A stretch of DNA of 64,000 nucleotides from the human T2T-CHM13v2.0 reference genome, Homo sapiens. This document shows positions 27,188 through 40,645 of this stretch, piece by piece. How positions within the stretch are numbered: position 1 is the first letter of the stretch; every line of letters starts with the position of its first letter. The notes under the pieces were generated by a model. The model saw only the letters and a program-made list of their open reading frames with translations, ran no database searches and had not been told where the DNA came from. The DNA lies in assembly GCF_009914755.1 (NCBI RefSeq), contig NC_060934.1. One strand, 5' to 3'. The translations under genes were made by a program, and so were the position numbers.

Positions 27188-27270
27188 CACCCCAGCTCTG
27201 CTAATGGCAGGCTGTGCTTCCTTTAACAAAAAGGTCCTCAGTTTCCTCATCTGGATGTAGTAATAATAAC
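27188..27270 (+). mobile_element. MIR fragment
   Basis: cccagctctgct..cctcagtttcctcatctg..taataata. Confidence 0.7.
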
Positions 27271-27277
27271 AATTTTT

Positions 27278-27573
27278 AGCCAGGCGTGGTGGCTCACGCC
27301 TGTAATCCCAACACTTTGAGAGGCAAAGGCGGGTGGATCACAAGGTCAGGAGATCGAGACCATCCTGGCTAACACAGTGAAACCCCCTCTACTAAAAATA
27401 CAAAAAATAAAAATTAGCCTGGTGTGGTGGCGGGCGCCTGTAGTCCCAGCTATTCAGGAGGTTGAGGCAGGAGAATGGTGTGAACCCAGGAGGCGAGCTT
27501 GCAGTGAGCCGAGATCGTGCCACTGCACTCCAACCTGGGCAATAGAGCAGGACTCCATCTCAAAAATAATAAT
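27278..27573 (+). mobile_element. AluY-like
   Basis: ggtcaggagatcgagaccatcctggctaacac, gaatggtgtgaaccc, gagcttgcag diagnostics. TSD about aataataacaattttt / aataataataattttt. Confidence 0.92.
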
Positions 27574-29156
27574 AATAATAATAATTTTTGGAATGTCCTT
27601 GGAGTTCTCTACATTCCCTGGAAATTATAAAGGATAATACAACCCTGCTAAAGAAAAAAAAATTGGAGAAAATAACGTCTTAAAGGTAGAGAAAACAAAT
27701 ATGTTTTTCTGGACGTAGAATTATCTAGTAATTCCTCATAGGCTTTCTTTATCTAGTTTCTCATTCAAAATAGGTACGAAGTCATCAGAGCAAAGACACC
27801 TGTGGTGCATCTCAGTAGAATATAGTTGTGAGCAAAACATATTTTTAAAAAGTGCTTCCTGTAACATCACTGGGAAATTTTGAGGTCTTTGAGTCTATGA
27901 GGGATGTAGTATTGTTCAGGGGAGCATATAAGAAAACTCAAGTTGAATATTCTGCATGATTCATCAAGTCAAGTTCAGAATTGTTGCGATCATGTCTGTT
28001 CCAATAGAGTCATGAAAGAATCTTCACTAGCCAGACATAAATATATGGCAAAAAAGGTTCAGGATCCAACTCCCATCCTTTGAAAGCTGCTTGGGAACAA
28101 AGCAGTTGCCTAAATTGCTTCACCGAGTCCTGGCCAAAGGACGCAGCTTCCAGAGGGTGTGAGCAGAGAGGCCTCTGCCAAACAGTGATCCTCACATGGA
28201 TTTCAAAGAAACACTGCAGCTGAAGGCCCTCAGATGGGATGGAGACCAGTTGGTACCCTGTCTTTATGATTATTCAATTTGGCTGTCCTCAAACTGAGGA
28301 CCGCCCCTGTGGGAGAGACTGTGTGAAGGTGTGCTTCTTCACTTTCACTGAACCGGGCAGCCTTTGCGGAGCAGTCCTGTTTTCAGGCATCAGCTGTCAG
28401 TGTCAGGAAAGAGTGGAGATCATTGCCAAATTAGAAATCTGAAGTGTCCCTGCTAGGAGGCTCTGTGTGCATTTTGACATGTCTGGCTGGCAATTCTTAA
28501 AAAAAGTAAATCCTAGCAGTTTGCTGGCATGACAGCCTTACTCGGCAGCACCAGCCAGGGAAGACTTGGTAAACTATTATTGTTTGGAGATTTGGAGTAG
28601 AGAACCTTCTGGGCTTTGGCATAAAATGACTAAGTCACTTCCTCCAGGTTTGTGGAGGAGGGGTCATCTTGCCTTTTACACTCGCTTTATATCCTGTGTT
28701 GGGCACCATAGCCATTAGGACATTCCTTCTATTACATGATATGATTGAACTCTGTCTTTTAATTTTGTGATTTTGATCTCCTTGAATTACTGATTAATCA
28801 GCCTTCCAAACAGGCGCTCACTCATTTGACTGGGGGCAAATCGTAAAGAATGCTGGTGCTGCCAGTCTGCATGCAGCTGTGCCTGCTCCTCTGGTTGGGA
28901 CTGCTGGCCAGGATTGCAAAGTGGAATAACCTGGGCCACTTCTTTGCCAAATGAACTGTTTCATAACTTCCCAGTAGCCATACTGTGTAGAGGACTTGGC
29001 TTCCTTGATGCAATCTCAGCCTTCGTTGGCGTGGGTGGACTGACAACCTGGTCAGGTGTGTGCGTTGAGGTTGCTGCATTTTCCATGCAGGGTGTTCATC
29101 TTTGTAATGTCAAACTCTCAACAACAACCCAGAGATGAATATTCAAAAACCATCTA

Positions 29157-29528
<372 letters not shown>

Positions 29529-31291
29529 TCACTGATTTTATTTTAAAAATCCTTCCGTGGAACAAATCTTAACTATAGTATTGAATGGTCATGTGCAATC
29601 TTGCTTATTTTCACCTAAAACAAATGTTGATATGTATACGTGAGAATGGCAAAATCGGTGAGATTAAACCAATAATTAAATGTCATTAGTTTCAGCCATT
29701 CTTTTAACATGGAATCCAGATTTTTAATAGCTTGTTTTCTTTCGTATAGGTTGAATTCTTCTTAGTGTAGTACCTATATTGTGTTTTTAATTGTCATATG
29801 TTCATGGCCAGCCTAGTGATTCCCCCAATATCCACAGAAATGACCCAAAAACAAATCATAGGAAGTACTTTTTGTTCTGAATTCAATGATGGAAACTCTG
29901 AAAAGTAAATGAGAAAACTTTTATGCAAAACATTATTCATTTTATATGGTCACAAAACCTTATTGACACAATATCACATAGCAGTTAAGTAACTTAGTAC
30001 TAAAAACTATAGAGGCTAATCTGCTCACTGTCTGTAGCTAATTTTATACTCCAGGAAGAGATAGAACATTTTAAAAATTAGTTGTCAAAGTTTCATACAT
30101 TATGTTGTTATTTTGAACCGTCATTGTGGTTTTCTTCTAGAATAAAGCTGTTCTGTAATTCCATATAATTCTCGTATCCAAAGTGTATTACCATTTCATC
30201 CCTCTCCACTTTTTCTTTCTTCTGCTAATAGAATCCGGCATCACACAGAACTGAGTAGGTGAAATGCATATTGCTCAGAATCATCTTCAGGTCAAAGGAG
30301 CCCACAAAACACAACCCAACCAAACAAAATCCACATGATGGAAGTTGGGTGTGGCTTGTTAATTGATAGCCCTTAAAAATGTGTTTAGAAACATCGTTTT
30401 TTATCAGAGGAGGTAAACGTGGAAATGCTTCTGCCCATCATTAACTAGTTTCTGGAACGTTTCTTTTTACTAAGCAAGTTTTTTAAAGGGTATTTTCAAA
30501 AACAGGAAAATGCAAATTAGAGGCATTGGTCATTACACAGAAAATAAAAGAACTGTCAAAGAAAAATGGAACAGGATGTCAATGGCACTGTGAACTAGAA
30601 ATAGATGGAGTCTCACTATAATGTTAACTGTAAAATTAGGTCATGGGTTCCTGTCATTGTTGAAACTCTTAGAAGGAGAAAGTTCTAAACTACCTTACGT
30701 GAGAACAAAGACAGTTCTGCCTTATGTGAATTCCATCCTTTGGGTAGTGACAGTGCAAAGAACCAGAGTAACTGTAAGTTGGTGGATGTGTGAAGTACAA
30801 AATCTGGGTGGTAGCAGGTGGTGACTGTATTCTTGATGTGGTGTTCTGTCCTCTTATATGGGTAGAAAGGTTCAAATATAGTTATACGTTTGCTACCTTA
30901 CGGTGATGTGATATCATCCATTATGAAAATTCATCATTGACCTATAAATAATCTAAAATTATCTTGATTTTTTAATCTTTCCCCCATTTTTGATAAGGAG
31001 TCTTTGCTAGCCTATCTTTCTTCTTGGCCTATCTCAAATACTTTTACTCCTGAGTATATATTTGTGAAGTAACTCAGTGGAGTTAGGATGTGGTCTGTGG
31101 CCATGAAATGGAGCAAGATTAGTTTTTCCTTTTTACAGTTCAGCCTACAGTTCCTATTATCTTTGCCTTATTAGCATTGTGTTCCAACCAGTTGGCCCAG
31201 TGACACCATAACTATATTTAGAGACTGTCAGAGTCATTTAGAGACTTTGTGTTCCACGTTAAATTTGCTATGACATATTGATAAGTAAAAT

Positions 31292-31440
31292 GGTCCAGCA
31301 TGGGTTCTGCTACTACCCTGTTCACACAGAGCACTTAATTCTCTACACTGCAGTTTTCCTGTTGCAGAATAAGGATAATAATACCTGCAAGATCTACTTT
31401 ACAAGTGTGTCATGATGAACAGTAATTGAGATGATAGGCA
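31292..31440 (+). mobile_element. MIR fragment
   Basis: cacttaattctct..cagttttcct..aataaggataataatacct. Confidence 0.65.
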
Positions 31441-32727
31441 TTATTATCATAAATTATTGGATGATATTTTTCATACAGCTAAGAATTGAGTCAACAAAGT
31501 GACAACTCTATGTCCAATAAGACAAATTTCACTTAATAAAACCCTGTAATATGCTCTTCTCATTATGCGATATTAATGTGAAAGCTCTAGTGTTCTCACA
31601 TCCTGAGAGCTTCCCCAAAGGGACATAGACTTATTCAATTGCCATCCATCCCTAATTTTTATTTCAACATCTAGTTCTATCAAAAATTTGAAGTTGTCAC
31701 ACACAAAGTGCTTTGGGGGTCTGTTGCCCTGCACACTTGGCCCATCTCCATCCATGAACGCCATTCTGAAGTGGTGGTCTTTGTGCCGTTCTCATTGTTA
31801 TTCCTGGGTGCCATAGTCACTTGAATACTTGAGCAGGGGAAGCAGCGGTCTCCGGCGTCAAGTCAGTTTCAGCTCTTGAGATCTGAAAGGCAGCCACTTG
31901 GAGTTCATTACACATTTCTACTCAACACTCCTGCCTTAACATTGTATCACACAAGAATTCTAAATTCATTTTGGCTGTGTTACAAGGCCTGTTTTCTGCC
32001 TGGATGCCCAGGTCTTCTTTCTTTCCATTGTCTCTGGTTGGTGTCCAGGAATAAAGGATACTTAACATTTAAAAAGGCAGAATTGTTTGCAATGAAAATA
32101 CTTCCCGCTAACTGGCACTCTCCGAGAACGTTAAAGACCCAAATGACGACAGTCACTTCCTTTGGAAGCATATTTATTTTCATGCATCTTTCCTGGAAAA
32201 AAGTTATTTTTTTGCGCGTTTTGCTCTTTATAGTTTATGTTTGCAATCCATGAGAACCCTAAGAGAAAGAGAGAATTTCCTAATGCAAAATACCTTTTAC
32301 TGAATAGGAATTTGAATGCTGATATACCAGGTGGACCCTCTTTTATGTATGAAAACAGAAATCATTTTCTCAAGTTCCTCATGACCTCTTAAGGCTCCCC
32401 ACCAGAACACGAGTTAAACTATGCTAAAATATGAATGCTTTAAAAATATATCTTGACACTTTTTGTTGATAAAGGGCACCACCCAGGAAGTAATTCACTG
32501 TCATAGCAGTTAGTGATAGTGTTGCAAGGTTTAATAAACCTTGGATCCCTCCACTTTTCTGCTTTAGCATGGCATGTCTAGAGTGTTCCTTGCAGCAGTG
32601 CGCTATTTAGAGACATTTGTCTGTCAGCCTCCCAAAAACAAAAGCCATTTAACTGCTTTTTTAAGAGGCTGAGCAGCAGTGATCCGTTTTTGGGAGGCAG
32701 GAGGGAACCAGGCCTGCATTACTGAGA

Positions 32728-32789
32728 GTGCGTGTGTGCGCACGCACACGTGTGTGTGTGTCTGTGTGTGTGCGCGTGAGCGTGCATGT
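32728..32789. repeat. Alternating purine-pyrimidine (TG/CG/CA) tract
   Basis: gtgcgtgtgtgcgcacgcacacgtgtgtgtgtg..gcgcgtgagcgtgcatgt. Confidence 0.9.
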
Positions 32790-32966
32790 TGTTTTCCACT
32801 GAGAGAAACTAATCTCTTGGCTTAGATCCACCTTGGTATTAGCCTCAGCGCTTTCTCTCCCTCCTTTACTCTAAATCATTATTAAGTTTATTACTTCTTT
32901 TTTCTTTTGCTGGGGAAGATTAATGGCTTTCCCTGGGCAGAGGGACCTCTGCCGAGCACAGTGGCT

Positions 32967-32982
32967 CTATAAATAGCACCTG
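32967..32982. promoter_or_regulatory. MEF2 consensus site abutting an E-box
   Basis: CTATAAATAG immediately followed by CACCTG. Motif match only. Confidence 0.4.
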
Positions 32983-34056
32983 CTGCTAATTCTCCAGTGC
33001 CCGGTATCTCCCCCAACACATCTTGGTCTTTAAACAATTTGTTCAGAAGAAGAAAGCTATGGGTCACCGTGCACTTTGGTGTTACTCAAAATGTGTTTTA
33101 TGGATAGTGAGTTTTTCTGCAGGAAGTTTGGCCTGGCGGGGCCTTTAGAGAAACTGGCTGTCCCAGTACCTCCCCAAGGCGGCATGCCTCACTAACCAGG
33201 CTTGTAAGGATATCACAGAACCTGTTGGACCTGTGGGGGTGGTGCCATGTGAATAGCTTTTGCCATTAACTTCCCCCCTCCTCCTTTTCTAATTTCTTCT
33301 CTCTCAGTAGATTTCAGGCTCAGCTGAGCTCTGTGTTCCAATAGCCTGGGGGAGATGTGACTTCATAGAGTTATAAAACACAAAAAGGGAAAATGCTGGG
33401 AAAGTTGCAATGCTAAGGTTCAGTGACTTGTGGTTTCAGAAAATGGAATGCTTCTGGGCAACACAGATGGCAGGAAGGACCAGTGATCAGCATTTTTAAA
33501 CCATCTTCATCTTTAAGGGGTGATAATAGGAATAAGAGAGCACAACCTATATGGCTCATAGCAAGTGTTCAATACATCTTTGCTGAATGAATGAAAGAAT
33601 TAATGAAAGGGATGATATTTCTCATTATTAGAAACATGCTTATCTGATATGCTGAAGTCAATGCAGTTGCAAGCAGAGTTGTATTACTTAATGAAGCCAT
33701 GCAGCCTGTCAAGGTAAAGGAGAAGGGGAACTAGGCTCTTACATGTAACCTTGAGAGAAATGAATTCTTTCTTCATTTGGATGTTTAATGAGAACAATGA
33801 AAGATCCAAGGATGTTTCTCAGACCCTGAACTTGGTAGACTGGGAAGTCTTAACTTTTTATATGCCAACTTACTGCATGGATTCAAATTGGAAGTTCCCA
33901 TTCTCTTTGGAAAGGACTCCCATCACCACTCCAACTAACCTTCAGGTCAAGGATTTTATTTACCCTTGTGTGTGTAACACTTTCTCAGTCTGCTTGTTTC
34001 ATACAATTACACAATAGTGGACCCTGTGTAGTAATTACATAATAATTACATAAATA

Positions 34057-34245
34057 ACAGAATCTTACAGCTGAGAGCGACCTCAGAAATGATCTAGAAT
34101 AATCATTACCTTTTGCAGATGAAGAAATTGAGGCCTGGAGAGATAAAACTCCTTGCCCAAGGTCACTCAACTCATCAGCAGCAGAGTTAAACTAGCACTC
34201 AGCCTTCCCACCGGCCTGTGTCATATCCTTCCCACTATAATATAT
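34057..34245 (-). mobile_element. MIR3/MIRb-like
   Basis: ttttgcagatgaagaaattgaggcctggagag..cttgcccaaggtcac. Confidence 0.8.
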
Positions 34246-34824
34246 TGTCCTTAAAACTCAAATCAATGTCATTCTTGATTTCCAACGTGGCAATGTGAAT
34301 TCCTTAAACCAATACTTGAAAATTTTTTAAAAAAAGATCTCTCAATGTGCTTCATTATAGACAAACAGGTAAGAAGCAGAGCTGCTTTGTTGAAGTGAGG
34401 TGGCAGAGGTGAGGATAGGAGACCTGGCATTCTGCCTACTGGCATCCATTTCATCTTCTGCCCCTATCCTGGGCAGTGCTGAGGCCAATCCAAGGAACCC
34501 AGGAGATCAGGAAATTCATTTTAATAACGCTATTTTTGTTCAAGGAAAACCACTTTGTATCTATCAACATAAAGTTTCCAATCAAATGTGTTTAGAGAGC
34601 TTGGCTTCCTCCACCTCTAAAATTACAAGTCAGGGACTCACAGAACAATATTATGACGAGATAGCACTAAGCATGGCACATTTTGGCTGTTTAATAAGTT
34701 TTGTTGTATAAATAAATTAATTAATGGTAGCAATGCAATTCCTAAAAACACTCAACTTCTCATTGTCAACTTCTCTCTCCCTGGTCTGTGTTACTAAAAT
34801 ATTCAGATATACCATTACTAACAC

Positions 34825-34975
34825 ATTTTCCTCTTTGTAATTGCCTCCATTCTTACCTGCTTCTCCTTGGAGACTGTGAGTTTCTCAAGAGCAGGACTCT
34901 GAACTCACAGTACCTGGGCCACATCAGACACACAGTAAGCTTTAGTAAATGTTGCTTGTTAAGTGAAGAATGACT
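34825..34975 (+). mobile_element. L2 3' end
   Basis: agactgtgagtttctcaagagcagga..cacagtaagctttagtaaatgttg. Confidence 0.7.
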
Positions 34976-35004
34976 GAAAGCACCTCAGGCATTTAGTGCT
35001 AAGG

Positions 35005-35223
35005 CAGGGTTCTCAACCTCAGCAATATTGACATAAAGGGGGGGATAATTCTTTGTTGTGGGGGCTGTTGTGTGCATAGTAGAATGTTTAGCATCTTCCC
35101 TGGCCTCTACCCACTAGATGCCAGTAGCAATCCCTCAAGCATGACAACCAAAATTGTCTCCAGATATTACCTATTACCAAATGTCCCCTGGTGGATAAAA
35201 TTGCCCCTGGTTGAAAACTACAG
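35005..35223 (-). mobile_element. MER20 (hAT-Charlie), full length
   Basis: cagggttctcaacctc..ctggcctctacccactagatgccagtagca..aaatgtcccctg..ttgcccctggttgaaaac. 8-bp TSD TGCTAAGG / TGCTAAAG. Confidence 0.93.
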
Positions 35224-37774
35224 TGCTAAAGGAAGTCTTGTTTTCTTTCTTCTGAGTTTTTGAGTGCAAAACAACAATTGCCTACTTTTGTTAGGTAAAA
35301 ATTAGGCAATTGTATTGTTTGAATCTAGGAATTTAATAGTTAATACTGTCAGCCATTAATTCATCTCACCCTGCATATGTTTTACTTTGAGGGAATTTTA
35401 GTGGAGAACACAGTGTTTGCTAGTTTGAGAATATCATGTTCATTGAATCAAGGAACATAATGCCATGATTCTGTTGAGACAGTGGCCTGGGGTTAGCCAA
35501 GTACCATAGTTCTAGGATACAGAACAAACATGGCAGCTTCATATATTCTGTCATTATGAAGAAGTTGGGTTGACAAATCAGCTGTTTTTTTCCATGTTCT
35601 CCCCTTTTAGATGGTTTCATGGAATGCCCTTATGACTTTAAACAGATGCCCAACCAAATTCTCGTGACTCCAAAGCTATGAGATTTAATGACTGTTTACT
35701 TTATCTTAGATGTCTCATGATACCTTTTTTTTGTGATGACAACTTTTGTTTGAGAGGAATAAAATGTCATCGAGTATTTGTCCTTACTAATGGAAGTGGG
35801 ACTCTCTCTTTTAAATGTAATTAAGAGTTTTTAAAAAAAAATCTAAGAAAAATTGTTCTCATCTTCCTTCCAAAAACAAGTACGCAAAATGCAGAAATAC
35901 AAAGCACAGTTTGCTAGAACAGGCATCACAACTTCTCATCCTTCTCATCTTCAAACTTAAATCATCCTCAACTTCCTATTGACGATTTCCCAACATCTAG
36001 GTCTTAGCCATTTTTAGCCTGGATGTTCCCAAGTACTACAAGCTTCTAAGAGCATTCTTTTTATTAATATCCAAATAAATGGCTCAATACTTTCCCATCC
36101 TACAGGCTCTTGGAAGTCAAGCATTCCTGTCGCAAAGTTTCCAGGAGTTGATTCATTCATGCATGCATTCATTCATTCAATGAACATTTCTTGAGCATCC
36201 TATAGAACCACAATGCACTAGGTTTTCCCTCCAGATTCCTGTTCCCATTGAATTCTCACCTTGCTTCTTCTGGTTGCTATCTTCTTTCTACCCACCTAAC
36301 CTCAAGTTTGGTCCCTGTCTCTTCTTTATTCTCTGAAGCACCACAAACTTAAGGGTGATGCATGAAATAGATGTTTATAGAGGTTGAAAATATTAGAGGG
36401 GATTGCAATCCTATGCACAAGAAACAGCTTAAAATTAAACTGCAGTCATCATTGTTTCTTAAAAGCCCCTATGCCATCCTGTTCCTAGGAATGTCTCCCT
36501 GGTCATGTTCCTTCTTGGGGTCTGCTTGAAAAATCACCACGTTGCCTGGGTGTTCCCTCTCCTCTCCTCCCAGATAAGAGAAATCACCTCTCCAGAGCTT
36601 CTTTGCTTTCCAGCTTCTGAGAAGCATCTCCATGCTGCATTGTTTAAGCTTTATTATGTAATGTAATCTGGGCCTTTTGTATCAACTGTCTCCTTCTAAA
36701 CTTTTAACCACCAAAGAAAGCCCAGAAAAGTGTTTTCCTATACAAAAGATCCCATACCTTTAGCAAGGCAAAACATTAACAGAAGTTTTATAATTTTCTT
36801 GTCCATCTCATTTGCTCTAGTTTGTGTTCTTAGGCAATTTTTGACCAGTCTACCTACCTCCACAGGTAGAAGGAAGGCAGTCTGCAATTTATTCCTCTCT
36901 TATTCAAAGCAAAGGCCCTGGGGTAACTTTTTTAACTTTCCCATTACATTATTACTCTAACACACTCATTTCTCCCTTTATCTCTGCCCCCAAATACAAA
37001 TAAGCTACTAATTCTTATTATTAAATAGGTACCAGTTATAAAAACAAAATGGATAGAGCTGTTTCTCAAGTTAACTGGGTTTTTCCTTTTGAGTAACCTT
37101 AATATAAGTGTTTGTGCAAGTGGTAGTTATAATGAATGGGTCAAAATGAAGTTTGTTGATTTATTCATTCTATTTCTGTCCAAGGACCATGGGGAAGTAA
37201 AGATTAACTCACATTTGGGGATGTAGTTCTATCAAAAAAAAAAAAAATAGCTAAAGCTATTGCATTGAACATTGAGGCTGTCCTCCACAAAACCCAAACT
37301 ATGAAAAGAAAAAAAAAACCATGTTTTCTTCTAAGACAATTCTGAACTCTTTGTCAGGGTTTATTTACAGTAAACAACAATGTAGGCTGACTTCTTTTTG
37401 GGTGTAAAATGGAAGGATGTCAGAGGAGAGCTCTATCAGGGTATTTTCGACCTAACATTTGGATGGGTTTGGTTTCTCGTGCAAAGAGCTAATAGGAAAT
37501 TCCGCTGTGGCATGCGCAAAGGTGAGCATGTGAGTCTCTCTTTCTGGATATATACTTCTGTGTGTGTAGGAAATAAATACAGAAATGAAACAAACACTGA
37601 AACAGATCCTTGTAACTGTCAACAATGTGCACTAACACAAATAAAATAGAAACATAAAATAAACCTCAATATAAATAATAAAGATAGATGCTTTTCTTTC
37701 TTTAGACGCAAATATTGGTGCGATGCTTCCTTTAATGAAGCAACTTTGCTACCAATTCTTATTTGTATAAATTG

Positions 37775-37995
37775 ACAACATTCATTGAGCACTTACTCTG
37801 TACCAGATACTCAGTAAGCCTAATCCTCAGCACGACTTTAATCTTCCCAACAATCCTATGGAGCAGCCATTTTTATCTCCATTTACTGATGAGGAGAATG
37901 AGGCCCAGGAAGAAGTAACTTTTCTTTAGTCTTACCAGGGAGCAACAGAGAGGACTCAAACCTGTCTATGCCTGACTGCAAAGCTGTGCTCTTTG
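37775..37995 (-). mobile_element. MIR
   Basis: cattcattgagcacttactctgtaccag..tttactgatgaggagaatgaggccca..ctgactgcaaagc. Confidence 0.8.
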
Positions 37996-39373
37996 CTGTT
38001 TCAGATTGCCTCCTTTGAAATGAATTCAACTATTGATTTCCAATTTTGTGCTGTTTTGATTTTCTTACCTTGTTTTAAAAACCATGCTGTATTTGTTTTT
38101 CACTACGTTAAGTTATGTAGTAGTCTTTAACCTGAGATTCTCATCTGATCCTGCAGCATTTTTATTAAATATATAGTGATCTTGCCCTTATTCTGTGGCA
38201 GGCAAAAGCAGGAACAATGACTTCCACAAAAGTCATGTGCTTGACAATTTTGTTAGTTATTCTATCCTTAAATGGAACATCTAGGCACACTTACAACTCT
38301 CGCTTATTTGGTTGAATAGCTCTCTGCCCTCGACATAATTTTAAAATTGGCACTTATAAGTCCCAGAGTATAATTCTTTGCACATGCTAAGCATTCAATG
38401 AAGTTTTGTTGAAATAAGCATGTTACATTTTTTTTGAAGAACAAATATGGCCCAAGAGTCCTTAAGACCTAGGAAGTTTTAAAATAATTTCAGTTCTAAA
38501 AATAGCCAGCCAAATTTTTATGATTTGGTAATAAGAAAATAGTCTGTTAAGATGAGTTTCCAAATATTTTGCCAAATCTGGCCTTAGGTTTCTTGTTTTC
38601 TCCAGATAAGCACACCTAACTTATTTACAAAGGATTTACTTTCCCCCTTCCATGTACCAACATAGGGATGATGATGCCATTGCTGGTCAAAGGCCTGCTA
38701 CACGCCAGTCATCGTTCTTGGTGCTTTATGCATTTTTTATATTTGAGTCTTGGAGAAATGCACCGTGATGAATATTTTCCATTTGCAGAAGGTGTTCATC
38801 ACTTTACTGGAGATCCACCATTGGAGTGGAGGAACCATAATTCAAGCCTATGCTGGTTTATTTCTAGAGCCCTCCATGCCCTTTTCTATGAAAACAAAAA
38901 GCTCTGCTTCTCTGGACACATTTATTCTGTGGAATTGTTCACATCACTCTTAAGTACCATAGAGTGGGATATCTGACCATTTTTCTTTTATTTGTCACCA
39001 ATGATGAAGGGATGATAACAAGTGAAACAGCTTCAGACTTGTTTTGTTTCCAGTGGCTTTTCTCTCATAAGGTCACACTGTCACCCACAGAAACACGATG
39101 CAAGGATTATTTTTTCTGAACTACATGCACACATGTATACCATTGCTTCTGGGATTATTGCATATGACCCTCAAGTTCCCTGGACTGGATGCCTGGAGTG
39201 CTCGCTCTGGTTCCAGCTGTACTATTGTATAACCTTTGGCAAGTCCCTGAACCTTCCTGGGCTCAAGCTTCTTCACCTGTTTTCTCAGTGGCTCATAAGC
39301 GCTAACATACAGTGGCCTTTACAATAACATTAACATGCTCCAAAATGAATAGGGTAAAATAAGTGTTACCTGA

Positions 39374-39862
39374 TGTAGTAGGCTGAATGGTGCCCCCCCC
39401 CCCAAAAAGATATGTCCATATCCTAAACCCTGGAACCTACGAATGTTACCTTAAATGGCAGAAGCATGAGTATTACCACGTATGGCCAAAAAAAATGTAA
39501 TTAAGTTAAAGATCTTGAGAGACAGAATGTATCCTGAATTATCTGGGTAGACCTTAAATGCAATCAAATGTATCCTCATAGGAGAGAGGCAGAGGGAGTT
39601 TTGAGATGGAGGGAGGAGGAGGTGACGCAACCATGGAGACAGAAATTGGAGTGATGCAGCCACAAGCTAAGGAATGCTTGGAACCAGAAGTCAGAAGAGG
39701 CACAGAACAGGTTTTCCCCTAGAGCCTTCAGAGGGAACATGGCCCAGCCAACATCTGAATTTCAGATTTTAAGCCGCCAGAACTGTAAGAGAATACATTT
39801 CTGTTGTTTTAAGCCACCTAGTTTGTGATAATTTGTTATAGCAACCACAGAAAACTAATACA
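39374..39862 (+). mobile_element. MLT1 solo LTR (MLT1C-like), full length
   Basis: TG...CA termini, ccagaactgtaagagaatacatttctgttgttttaagccacc. TSD CCTGA / CCTGG. Confidence 0.92.
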
Positions 39863-40491
39863 CCTGGTTATGTCAAAAATGCTTCTTCTGCTGAAATTTC
39901 CTATAATACTTGTAGGAAAACATTTGTAAAGGAACATACTGACTTGACTTAGAGGCTTGACTATTAATTAAACATTTTCAACATGCATTTTAATGTAGCT
40001 CTCAGAGACTGTGACCTGAAACATATTTAAACTCTTTTCTTAGAAGAGAGCCGGGGCTCTTACCTGGGTTCTGTATGCTGAGACCAGGCTTAGGTGTGTG
40101 TGTGGGAAATCAGTCCTTGACTGAAAAGTACAGAGCAAAGAGGAGTGAAACAGTGTCCCTGGCACCCACCTGCAGGAGAAGAAAGGACTGCCCTTATTGT
40201 CAAATCCAAATTGGTAATAAAAACTGATTATGAAGTGAAAGCTTTACAAGTGAGGCAGCAAGTGGGAAGATTCAGGCTCAGGTTCCAGAAGATCAGAGAA
40301 GGTTTCTGTGGCATTGGCTCATGATCACAAGGGATGAGGGCTTCAACGTAAGAGTGGAGGCTGCTCATGGCTAAGAAGGGTGCTGGCTTCTATAAAAGAG
40401 ATACTGAAAGTCTTATCATTCCAACCCCTTAGCTGTTACTTGAATTTCTTCACATCACAGCTGTGTGGGAATCACTCAGTCTTTAAACTAA

Positions 40492-40629
40492 CATCACTCA
40501 TTCATTCATTCATTCACTCATACAGTCAATATTTGACTATATGAGTGATATTGACTCATATATTGTCAAATATTTGAGTCAATATTTGACAATATTCTAT
40601 ATGCCAGGGCACAATGTGGATACAAATAG
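40492..40629 (-). mobile_element. L2 3' end with palindromic insertion
   Basis: cattcattcattca...ctatatgccagggcac; probably resumes at about 42864-43020, after the L1. Confidence 0.7.
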
Positions 40630-40645
40630 GTATTCACAGTCTTTT

